35,868 bases of DNA from Jimgerdemannia flammicorona (taxonomy: Eukaryota). The notes under the pieces were generated by a model that did not search any database, had not been told where the DNA came from, and worked only from the letters and a program-made list of their open reading frames with translations. Below are positions 1-10,783 of the stretch, one piece after another. The stretch's first letter is position 1. Each line of letters opens with the position of its first letter. The stretch covers positions 1 to 35,868 of the forward strand of contig RBNJ01000236.1 in NCBI GenBank assembly GCA_003990765.1. The letters are read 5' to 3'. Position numbers and translations under genes: made by a program.

Positions 1-554
1 GCTGGTGCGCTTAGAGCGTTAATGTGATTCGTCAGCTCGTCAACCCGATCGGCGTATTTACGGATCGTCTCCTTGGACTTCATCCATAGGCTGAATAGTT
101 GCGATTTCAAGTGGAATCTGTTCGAGGTGGAGTCCTTTTGGTGTAGATCGCGTAAGATCTCCCAGGCTTCGTTTGCTGTTGTAGCGTAGATGACGTGTTT
201 CAGTTGTGCGTTAGATAGTGTGAATGTAATCTCGCGTAAGGCTCTCTCGTCGTTAGTGACATTGTATCCCATAATCTGTGCTTGCGGCTTCCAGTAGTCC
301 GCTAAGCCACATTCGATAAGGAGATTCTTCATATGATAGGCCCAGATTGCGTAATCTTTCCCGTCGAAGACAGGGATGGACCTCTTGGACGTTTGCACTA
401 TCATAATAGCCGCTGGGGCTAGAATTGACGTCGTCGTGATGGTCGTAGTAGTTGCCGCTGGGGCTGTTCCGGTACCCGTTCCGGTACCCGTTCCGGCACC
501 CATTCCGGTACCCGTTTCGGCACCCGCCGAGGGACTCCCTGGCGTATTCGACAT
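1..554 (-). CDS. Ty1/copia Gag(-Pol) N-terminus, open and running off the left edge of the window
   Basis: Manual translation from ATG at 554: MSNTPGSPSAGAETGTGMGAGTGTGTGTG...IPVFDGKDYAIWAYHMKNLL...QLKHVIYATTANEAWEILRDLHQKDSTSNRFHLKSQLFSLWMKSKETIRKYADRVDELTNHINAL. This is the copia Gag pattern (F.G.dY..W, then A.eaW..L). No stops in 184 codons and CpGs retained. Missing from the ORF track because there is no stop in the window. Confidence 0.92.
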   Translation of the reverse strand, partial: MSNTPGSPSAGAETGTGMGAGTGTGTGTGTAPAATTTTITTTSILAPAAIMIVQTSKRSIPVFDGKDYAIWAYHMKNLLIECGLADYWKPQAQIMGYNVTNDERALREITFTLSNAQLKHVIYATTANEAWEILRDLHQKDSTSNRFHLKSQLFSLWMKSKETIRKYADRVDELTNHINALSAP

Positions 555-616
555 CTCTTTTGTGCGTAGAGTAGTGTAGCGTATATTAAAGAGGTGTTTT
601 GGTTAGCCACTAATCG

Positions 617-628
617 GGGCTCATAACC
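617..628 (-). other. Primer-binding site of the copia element (half-tRNA-iMet type)
   Basis: The minus strand reads ...TTTCACA-ATA-GGTTATGAGCCC, matching the GGTTATG(A/G)GCCC PBS of copia-type elements, 3 nt after the LTR end. Confidence 0.85.
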
Positions 629-631
629 TAT

Positions 632-794
632 TGTGAAATACTGGAATTTGAGGGATAAAGGAGCAATCTTTATTGATATGCGCGAAGCGCGTATTTACGT
701 GTTGATGACGTTTCTACTGATGACGTCCTCACACGTGAGCTGCGCCACCTTCACGTGAGCTACATACCGAGTTGATTAGCTAGAAATCTCAACA
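632..794 (-). mobile_element. 5' LTR of the Ty1/copia element (163 bp)
   Basis: The minus strand runs TGTTGAGAT...TATTTCACA (TG..CA ends), contains AATAAA, and is directly followed by the PBS and gag. Composition switches abruptly to AT-rich DNA at 795. Confidence 0.85.
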
Positions 795-3030
795 TGGAGT
801 TTATATAGTAGATTTTTACTTAGTAGTAGAGTAAAATTCAAATTAAAGTAGTGATATTGATCTGATTCAATTTACTTCTTAGCTATCATTTATACTTCAG
901 AGTTAGTAATATAGTTTAAGAATTTCTGGTTAATTATAGTAATTAATTCTGGAGTTCTTATACAGCTAGTGTGACTTTGAGCAAGCATATTGAACCTATA
1001 ATAGCTATAGATATTTCTAAGGCCTGAGTGGTAGTTTCTAAATATATATCTTATAAAGGTCTCAATAGGTCTGATTTACAAACTGTTGATTAAGATCTTG
1101 ATCAGTGTTTTTCTAATTCCACTTAGTCCTAATAACTATAGTAAGATAGATCTTAGTTTATAGATCAATTTTTAAATTATCTATAGTTGGTTTTGAGTAT
1201 TCTCTTATCTAAGATTAGATCTAGATTCAACTTACAGAAGGGTCTTAATACTATCTTAGTTTAAAAATTCTACTACTACTAAGTTATAATAATACTTATT
1301 TCAATCTCTCTTATATTTTTAGATAACTTGGATAATAAGATATTACTTAGGAACTTGATATATACATATATATATCAAGAAGTTTTTCAATTGTTCTTTT
1401 ACTTAGTAATATTTACTAAGATTGAGGAAGTACTGTTTCTTTATATATAGCAAAAATAAGATATTACTCTTCTTTAGTCATAGTTATAAGAAACTATTCT
1501 TGTTGTATATAGACTAAATTTCTTATAATTTAGATTTAAAAGAGTTTTCTTTTTAGATTTTTTAGTTCTAACAGAAGTTAGCTAGACTTCTGGAGTTTAG
1601 TTAGAAATACTAGAGTAATTTAGAGTTCATTATTAAGAAACTCAGAGAAGTATATATATGGAGAAAAATTTATACTTAACTAAGAGCTGGTTTATTTTAA
1701 ATATAATTACTAAGAATATTTATATATATTAACTAAGTAATATTTTGCTATTTATATATAACTAATTTGATATATAACTGCTTAAGTTATTTATTTATAA
1801 AATGAATGATCTTTGTATTTAGAATAATTACTTTGAGTTTATAATTAAGATAAATATTTTTGATAATATATTAATTAAGTAATATAGTTGCTATAGTACT
1901 AATATAGACTCTAGTATTCAGAAGTTTTGATATTTCATTTTCTATATTTATCTTATATATTTATCTCATTTATCTTATTTATATATTACTTATTTATAAT
2001 ATTATTACTAAATTATATAATTGCTATTTATAGTATATTATAGATATAATTCTTATTATAGAAGATAGGAATTTCTACTAACTATCTAAAAGTTATATTG
2101 ATTTTTTGCTAATTGAGATCCTTGAAGATCTTATACTTGAAGATCTTATTCTTTCACAGCTTCTTCTCTTTCTCTCCTTTACTAGCAGGAGTATTATCTT
2201 AGATAATATCTTTAACTGCTTATTCAAATTCTATATCTTAATCTATTTCTTTAGCTATAGTTTTACTTTTTATAGATACTTCTGTTTGTCCTTCTAGAGA
2301 CTGTTCCACTGAGTTCTTCTTGAGTCTTTCTAGTAGTCAAGTTTTCTAGATATTCTTCTTAGAGATAAGGATATGATAAGCTTTCTATTCTTGTTCTTTC
2401 TCAGAATTTCCAATTTTTTCAAAAGTGATGATATTGATCTATTTATAGTTTTTAATAGTATTGCTTAGTTGGATCTTTTATTTGGTCTCACTTATGCATT
2501 TATAGAGTAGTAGCCTTCTTCTCTATAAGTATAGTAGATTTCTCTCTTCTTATCTATAGTAATAGCAAACTTTTAAACTAGGTAATAGTCTTTTCTTCTA
2601 ATTTTCTTTCAGATAAGCAGTCATTTTAGCAAACTTCTTAGTAAGTTTCTTCATAAGATTACAGTTTCTCTATTACTCTGTAACCTTTAGTTGAGATATA
2701 TTTTCATTAATTATAGTTATAAAGATTATACTAATTATCTTGAGTACTTCAATTTTGACTCCAGTAACTCTCTCTATTATATAGTCTTAGAGATATTCTA
2801 ACTATCTAATATTACTAAGCATAAGTCACCTTCTATACTAAGTTTAGAACTATTGATATTAATTAGATTGCTATAACTATTTCTGAGTAAATTTCTTTTA
2901 TAAAGGTTACTTTAGCTACTTGATCTCTGATAGTATCAGTATAATTAGCCAAGATTATCTAATAGTAGATTTAGATATAGAAGATATTTAGATCTTTATT
3001 TATTTCTTAATAAATAGTATTAAGTTAATT
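795..3030. repeat. Heavily decayed, AT-rich, CpG-free repeat relics of unknown family
   Basis: Essentially no CG dinucleotides, abundant TA, no intact ORF. 1300-1730 aligns by eye with 10355-10780. Confidence 0.6.
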
Positions 3031-3210
3031 CTTGAGAGTAATACTCTCAATAAATTAAAAAAAAATTAAATTTAATTTGAACTCTATTTTTTGAAATATA
3101 ATAACTTAATAAAAATATGTCCAAATTTAATAATCTTTAGCTTGTTAGATTCCTCTATATAAGAGAAATTTAATAAGCTAAAGATCATTAAATTTAGATA
3201 TGTATGTTTT

Positions 3211-3663
3211 TGTAACAATTTCACAATCATATTTAGTCTTAGTATATTTTTGTATCTTTTAATTAGTCTTTTCTTGTTATTTCTTAAACATTCTACTATG
3301 TTCTACTACCTTCTACTTGCTTAGAAACCTTCTCTTAGTACCTAGATACTACTAGAACATTCTTGTCTTTTTTTGGTATCCAGTATCTTGTCTTAGCTAG
3401 TTATGGAACCTTTTGGAATATTATAGAATAGTATTAGTCAGCTTTGCCAAGAAATTATTTCTTGATATTTCTTTTTCTTTCCAAGATCCTTCTGGATCTT
3501 TCTTTTAGATTATGTATAAATATCTTTATTCTCTATCTGAATAAAACTCAGAATATTTTCTCTCAGAAATTCTTCAACCTTTAAGTATCTCTTTGAACTA
3601 CTTTAGGCTAACTAGAACTTCTAAATTTAGCTACTTTCTCTTAAAGAAACTAGAACTGTTACA
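3211..3663 (+). repeat. Gypsy 5' LTR
   Basis: TGTAACA...TGTTACA terminal inverted repeats, internal TATAAA and AATAAA, collinear with 9498-9961. Confidence 0.93.
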
Positions 3664-4729
3664 CTTGGTAACAGTGATATCATTATATCTTACCTTATTA
3701 AGAAACCTTACACAAATTCAGAAACCAGTCACAACTAGTTATATGAATTCAAAATGAGCCATAAAGAGTCAGTCTATCAGCCAGATCTCTCTGGAGAAGT
3801 AGAAGAACCACAAGCCAGCATAGAGGACATAATTAATACTATGGCCCACTAAATCCAAGAACTTCAAGCACAACTAGAACAGCAGAAAACAAGAACTGTG
3901 AGTACATCATATTCTACTATAGCACTAGTCAGTTTTAAGCCACTTAAGCCAGATATCTTCAACAGTCATCAAGGAGGACTATCTACAGATGTATGGACCT
4001 TTCAGTTAGACCAATACTTCAAGCTCACAAGAATGGAAGAAGATATGTAAGTTCAATTTATCACTATACTTCTCCAAGGAAATGCAGCTATCTGGTAATA
4101 TAATCATACATATCATAGTTATATCTATATATTTATATATATGAATCAGAGACTAGAAAGCCTTCAAAAGAGCTCTCTACAAGTAGTTCAAGTCTGCTAA
4201 TACTACTAAGCTAGCTAGAGACAAGCTAGTGAACATCAAGCAACTCAAGTCTATACAAAGTTATAATATACAATTCTTGTCAATCCTACTCAAACTACTA
4301 GTAATATCTGAGGATGAAATGATAGACCACTATGTCTAAGATCTGAAGAGAAATACACAAGTCAAGATTGAGCTAGAAGAGCTCAAAAACCTTAATGAAG
4401 CCATGAGAATTACCAATAGGTTTGATATCATTATCTTTGGTAACTGCTTTGAACCAGAATACTACCAAAAGAACTACTTTGAGAACCACCACAAGAACTA
4501 ACCAAGGACAGTTGGCCTGGTATCAATGGACTTAGACACTATGAATAAAAAGAACACCAAGCTCACTTCTAAAGAAAAAGACCACCTGAAGAAATCTGGA
4601 GCCTGTTTCTTCTATCATCAAATAGAATATATTGCAACCAAATATCCTAAAAAGACTAGTAAACTCTCAAGACCAGTCACTGTATTGTCCAAGGACACCT
4701 CTGTCAACTCCACTATCAGTCTATCTGAG

Positions 4730-5070
4730 CTTAAGATCAAGAAGCTTTATCTGAAGGCCCAGGCCTCTCAATATCAAACAGAAGAAGCTATTAGTCTTGA
4801 CCTATACTCAGTCAAACAAGTCACTATTCCAGCCAAGGGCCAAACTCTAGTGCCTACTGAAATTGTAGTCTAATATCCTAAAGGACATTATGTCAGAATT
4901 GTATTATAATCAGGACTTAGTATCAAACATAATTTAGATATAGATACTGATATCATTGACTCAGACTTTTGAGGATAAGTTCAAGTTCTGCTTATCAACC
5001 AGAAGGATTAAGACTACATAGTCAAGGAAGGAGACCAAGTTATGTAAATGATCCTAGAAAAAGCTAGTCA
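4730..5070 (+). pseudogene. dUTPase domain inside the gypsy polyprotein
   Basis: In frame with the Gag knuckle and protease: LKIKKL..EAISLDLYS..VTIPAKGQTLVPTEI..PKGHYVRIVL*SGLSIKHNLDIDTDIIDSDF*G*VQVLLIN..YIVKEGDQVM*MILEK. These are trimeric dUTPase motifs I-IV once C>T/G>A changes are reversed. Confidence 0.9.
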
Positions 5071-6533
5071 ACTCAAGATTACAGAAGTTCAAGTACTCAT
5101 AGACAGCAGAGCTGCAGAGAACTTTATCAATCAGAACATCATTGAAAGTCTCAAGATCCTTACCAAGCCTGTACCCAAGAATAATAGTATAGTCACTACA
5201 GATACATAGTACTCTGTACCCTATTAAGTCAATTGCTACCAAACTACTCATCAAGATCTAGAAATATTGGGAATAAGTAGACTTCAAGATTACACCACTA
5301 GGAGATCATGATCTGATCTTAGGAAAATCCTGGCTTATGAAATACAACCCAGACATTAATTGGTATAAGAATGAAGTCACCCTACTCTAAGATAGAGCCA
5401 ATATCACTATCAAGACAGACAAGACTACAAGCAAGACCCAGATTGCAATACTGTCAGCTATATAGTATAAGAGAGTACTCAAGAAGATAATATATACCTT
5501 TATTATAATAGTCTATCTCAAGAAACAAGACAAGAGACTATCAGTTAATGAAAGTATTAAGTTACTACATATAAGAAGAATTCAAAGATGTCTTTTCAGA
5601 TAAGCTACCTGGTCTACTGTCTATATAAGAAGTTGATCATAAAATTAAACTGACCCCAGGAACTGTACTACCCAAGAAATACATGTACTATATGTCATCA
5701 CTTGAAATTGAAGCAGTCAAGAAGAAACTAAAAGAACTACTTATATAAGGAGCCATCCAGCCAATCAAATCTCCTTATAGCTCATTAGTCTTATTTGTCA
5801 AGAAGAAGGATAGTACCCTGCAAATATGCATAGACTATCATATACTCAATAAACTCACTGTCAAGAACTGCTATTCACTACTCTTAATTGATCAAATCTT
5901 TGATACTCTCAAGAATACCAAGTACTTCACCAAGTTGGACTTTATGTCAGAATACCACCAGATTCAAATCAAGCTAGAAGATATTCCTAAGACTATATTC
6001 ATAACCCCCTTTAGGCTCTATGAATTCTTGGTTTTAGCATTTGGTCTCACTAATATATCTGCCATATTCCAGACCCTAATGAATAAGATATTCAAGGACT
6101 AACTATTTATTTTTCTATTGGCATATCTTGAGGACATTCTGATCTTTAGTGCAACTAAAGAAGAATACCTCAAATACATTTGAATAGTCCTGGAGATTCT
6201 GTGAAAATACAAGCTTTATACTAAGCTCAAGAAGTGCAAATTCTTCAAAGAACAAGTCAAATATCTTGGCCACATTGTCTCTACACAAGGAATTCAAGTA
6301 GACCCATATAAGATAGAAGCAATTGAAGAATAGCCCATTCTGTTGAATCTCACAAAACTCCAATCCTTCCTTAGTCTAGCTGGCTACTACTGCTACTTTG
6401 TCAAAAACTTCTCTGGCATTGTTGAGCTACTGACTAATCTCATGAGGAAGGCACTGCACTCAGACCACTATGTACTCTATACCTAGAACCTCTTCTGTCA
6501 ATAAGCCTTTCAAGAACTCAAGAACCACCTGAC

Positions 6534-6957
6534 TAGTGCTTCCAAATGAGTCGAATCAATTTGAATCGAATCGAATTGAGGGTTAAATGAGTCAAATCGA
6601 ATTGGGGATTTTTCAATTCAAATCAATTTGAATCAAATCAAAAGTCAAATCGAATTGAGGGTCTAATTTGAACCCTAATTTTCAAAATGCAATAACTCAG
6701 CGTAAACTCATCCAAATCTAACGTACTTTAGCTTGTTAGAATCACATTAATATGGTTAATCTAACAAGCTAAAATACATCAAATTTGGATGAGGTTTCGT
6801 CGAGTTATTACATTTTGAAAATTAAGGTTCAAATCGAACTTCGAATCGAATTGGACCTTTGATTTGATTTGAATTGAATCGAATTGGACCCTTGATTCGA
6901 TTGAATTGAATTGAGTTTGGGCCAAATTCGATTCGATTCGATTCATTGGGAGCACTA
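6534..6957. mobile_element. hAT-type foldback MITE copy 2 (best preserved), inserted between RT and RNase H
   Basis: TIRs TAGTGCTTCCAAATGA and TCATTGGGAGCACTA, 8-bp TSD CACCTGAC/TACCTGAC, subterminal (GAATC/GAATT)n arrays, central long inverted repeat. Confidence 0.9.
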
Positions 6958-7257
6958 TACCTGACCCATGCTTCAGTCTTATATAATACAGATCAAGGCC
7001 TAAAATTTATAGTTACTACTAATGTATCAAATTTTACCATTGAAGCAGTCCTGTTATAAGATGATGGCAAAGGACATTGTCCTATTGCTTTTGAGTTCCA
7101 TAAGTTGGTCCTAGCTAAATAAAAGCTAGTCACTTATGAGAAGAAACTACTGGTAATAATGATATACTAGACCACCAGTGATGCTATCTAGAAGATATTG
7201 AGTTTGATGTCATTACTAACTATAAATCCCTCAAGTATATCAATACCCAACCTACTC

Positions 7258-7595
7258 TAGTGCTCCCAATGAATTAAATTGAATTGAATTAGACCTAAAT
7301 TTGATTTTATTCAAAAACTTTAAATTGAGGTCCAATTTGATTTGAAGTCTGATTCAAACTCTATTTTTAGAAATTTAATAACTTGATAAATATATATCTA
7401 AAGATCATTGAATTTAGATGTATATTTGTCGAGTTATTACATTTCTAAAAATAGGGTTTGAATTGGACTCTCAATTTGATTTGAATTCAATTTGATTCAA
7501 ACTCAATTTAAATTGAAAAATTCCCAATTCAATTCAATTCAAATGACCCCCAATTTGATTCAATTTAAATTGATTCAATTTATTTAGAAGCACTA
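7258..7595. mobile_element. hAT-type MITE copy 3 (opposite orientation to copy 2), inserted in RNase H
   Basis: Starts TAGTGCTCCCAATGAATT and ends TATTTAGAAGCACTA, with the same internal motifs. No recognisable 8-bp TSD. Confidence 0.85.
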
Positions 7596-9497
7596 GTTAC
7601 ATCTACAAGCCAAGTAGAGCCTCAAGCTTCAAACCTTTAACCTGATGATTATCTATAAGCCTGGCAAGACACTTGTAGTATCAGATATATTATCAAGATA
7701 CCCTGACCTCACCATAATCATACAAGTTACCTTGGTATCAGAATTTCTAGACCAAATCAGACAAGCTTATAAAGAAGACATAGTTGCTACTAGAGTTTTC
7801 TTGAATGAGCTCAAGGATACATATACTGTCAAAAACAATCTGATCTATTATCAAGATCAAGTCTATCTACCTGAAAACATAAACCTATACTATAATATTT
7901 TATAAGAATACTATAACTTTCCTCTTGCTAGTTATCTGGAAATCAAGAAGACTGTCAAGAACATTTAATACCACTACTATTAGCTAAGTATAATCAAGGA
8001 AATCAAGAACTATATTGTCAGCTATAATCTATATTAGTGTAACAAGTCTACCAATCAAGCATTAGCCAGTTTACTTCAACTACAGCTAATTTCCACTAAG
8101 AAATTTGAGCAAGTTACTATGGACTTTGTAACTCAACTATCATAAACTCAATCTGGTACTGATGTTATCATTATATTCATTGACTGCCTGATCAAGACTA
8201 TGGTTGCTGAACCAACTACTACTAATGCTACTGTACCCAAGATTACAAGAATCTTCTCCAAGTCTATCTTCTATCACTATGGCCTACCATGAGTAATTAT
8301 CAATGATTGTGATTCCAAGTTTACCAGTCACTTATGACAACCTCTCTTCAAGACCCTGGGAACTCAATTGACTATATCCACTACCTTTTACCTATAAACT
8401 AATGGACAAACCAAGCACATGAATAGAACTCTAGAACAAATGCTTAGAAACTATGTTTCTTATGAGCAAGATGATTGGGACCACTACCTGACTTATATAG
8501 AGTTTGTATATAATAATATCATCCAATTATCTACTGGTCTTTCTTCTTTCTAGTTACTCTATGGTCAAGATTCTGAGACCCCTACAAGTCTATTCTCTTT
8601 TAAAAAAAGTAGTCAAATACAAGTCTCTACTATCAAAAACCTTACAGATAAAATAGACAAACTACTCAAGATTGCTACTATAAATCTTCAGAAGGCTCAA
8701 CAGTATTAAGTCAAGTATGCTGATAAGAAATACTATGATGTTACTTATACTGTTGGAGATCAAGTCCTACTGTTTATCAAGAATCTCAAGATATAATCTC
8801 AAGTTAACCACCCTTTGAACAAGTTCTAACCCAAGTATATTGAACCTTTTGAGATCACTAAATAAGTCTCTACATCCTCCTACTGTCTTAAGCTATCTGA
8901 AACCATGAAAGTATATCCAGTCTTTCATGTATCATATCTTAAGATCTGAAACTAGTTACTGCTCTACCCTGGTTGAATTCCTAAGCCTTTCTTCTCTATA
9001 ATTATTAAAGACTATATTGAGTACAAAGCTGAGAAAATTCTTGACAAATGAATCCACTATTGTCATCCTAAATACCTAGTCAAGTAGATGAGTTACTCTG
9101 AATATAATACTACCTGGGAACTACTGATCAATCTCAAGAACTCTCAAGATCTAGTTCAAGACTTCAAGGTAAAATATATTATCTAATATCTGTAGTAATT
9201 TCTTTGGATTATTAATGACTTATGGCAATAATCAGTATCTTATATATTGGAAGTTTACTTTGGGACCCTGGAACTAGCAGAACATTTAATGAATAAGAAG
9301 TCTACCAAAATGAAGCTACTAGCTGGATTTGAACTCCTCTCAGTTAGTTAGTCTGGTAATAGGCCCTCTGCTCTATATGAGGATGGCCAATCTCCATCAA
9401 TATACTAATATAAGTTTGAGAAATTTTGATTAAGTATTATCTAGTCTTATGTTACCTAAGAACTCAACAAGAATATTAGTTCTTAAGGAGGGAGAGA

Positions 9498-9961
9498 TGT
9501 AACAATTTTACAGTTATATTTAATCTTTAGTATATTTTTACATCTTTTAGTTAGTCTTTTCTTATTATTTCTTAAATATTCTACTATGTTTCACTATCTT
9601 TTACTTGCTTAGAAACCTTCTCTTGGCACTCAGACACTACTAGAACATTCTTGTCTTTCCTTAGTACTCAGTATCTTATCTTAACTAGTCATGGAACCTT
9701 TTGGAACATTGTAGAATAGTATTAGTTTGCTTTGTTGAGAATACATTTCTTAGTATTTCTCTTTCTTTTCAAGATCCTTCCAGATCTTTCTTCAGATCAT
9801 ATATAAATATCCTTATTCTCTGCCTGAATAAAGCTCAGAATATTTTCTCCCAGAAATCCTTTAAGAATACTTGAACTTTTAAGTATCTCTTTAAGCTACT
9901 TTAGGTCAACTAAAACTTCCAGATTTAGCTGCTTCCTCTTAAAGAAACTAGAACTATTATA
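9498..9961 (+). repeat. Gypsy 3' LTR
   Basis: Starts TGTAACA immediately after the PPT and ends TATTATA (mutated TGTTACA), followed by TSD GTTTT. Confidence 0.92.
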
Positions 9962-10783
9962 GTTTTTATCAAGTTATTATATTTTGAAAAATAGAGTTCA
10001 AATTAGACCCTCAATTTGATTCAAATTTAATTTAATTTAATTTAAATTGATTTAATTTATTTAAGAGTACTACTTGAGAGTTTACTTGATTTTATCTATA
10101 TAGTAAGTAGTTTACAGTTACTTTCTGTACTGTCAATATTGTAGCATCATTATTTCCAACATAATTCACAGCTGTGAATATAGCTCTTATAGGTCCTTAA
10201 AGACTGAATAGCATTAGAGTTACTTATTATACTACTAATAGAGTTCTTATAGTAGTATATTACTTGAAATTATTAAAAAAAGATAATGATTGATTTATTA
10301 AAAATATATCTATGAAATACTGGTAGCCTCATATCCATCTTGTCTGGATGTCTTGTATAATAATCTATCTCTTATTCTTAAATAATCAGGGTATTGTAGA
10401 GAAATTACTTAGAGACTTAGTATATAAGTATATCAAGAAGCCTTCAGTATGAGAAAGTACTCACTTAAAAGTAGTTATAACAGTAATACCCTTTCTTATA
10501 AAGAACTTATTCTTTACTATGCACAGACTGGATTCACCTTGGAATTCAGATTCAATAAGGGGTTTTCCTTAAGTCTTTGAGATTTATATACTGGTCTCAG
10601 TTCTGGTAGAAGTTAGCTAAGCTTCTGAAGTTTAGTCAGAAATATTAGAGCCACTCAGGTACCACTACTAAGACTCAGGAGAATGTGTATGTGTGGAGGG
10701 GAAACTTGATTATTGTATCAAGGACTGAACTAAAACTGCTTTATTTTAGATAGAAATGTTTAGGATATTTATATAAGTTGGTT

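Larger units (their letters stand above)
3754..9186 (+). pseudogene. Gypsy gag-pol pseudogene (many stops, two MITE insertions)
   Basis: Gag KPLKPDIF..VWTFQLDQYF..LLQGNAAIW; decayed CCHC knuckle GACFFYHQIEYIATKYP; protease VLIDSRA (5093-5113) and DLILGKSWL; RT FVKKKDSTLQICIDY, FGLTN, YLED (decayed YLDD, ~6124); RNase H ~6960-7690; integrase VTMDFVTQL and TNGQTKHMNRTLEQMLRNY; GPY/F motif PVFHVSYLK; chromodomain EYKAEKILDK..YLVK*..TTWE (~9020-9170). Confidence 0.93.
3211..9961 (+). mobile_element. Full-length, degenerate Ty3/gypsy chromovirus LTR retrotransposon carrying a dUTPase
   Basis: Two alignable LTRs, 5-bp TSD GTTTT (3206-3210 and 9962-9966), PBS-like TGGTAACAGTG at 3666, PPT AAGGAGGGAGAGA at 9485-9497, and domain order Gag-ZnK-dUTPase-PR-RT-RH-IN-chromodomain. 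Confidence 0.95.
3039..10072. mobile_element. hAT-type MITE copy 1, split into 3039-3210 and 9962-10072 by the gypsy insertion
   Basis: Decayed TIRs TAATACTCTCAAT... and ...TTAAGAGTACTA (cf. TAGTGCTCCCAAT). Perfect 8-bp TSD CTTGAGAG at 3031-3038 and 10073-10080. The two halves match copy 2. Confidence 0.85.

Noticed and set aside
376..610. ORF-track ORFs 376-579 (+) and 419-610 (-)
   Set aside because: Shadow frames of the copia gag 12-bp repeat; the real frame starts at 554 on the minus strand.
2106..2297. Hydrophobic 63-aa ORF
   Set aside because: An artefact of T-rich decayed DNA, with a non-ATG start.
6540..6950. Short repeated GAATC/GAATT units that could suggest a CRISPR array or satellite
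   Set aside because: There is no repeat-spacer periodicity; they are subterminal repeats inside a TIR/TSD-bounded MITE in a eukaryotic genome.
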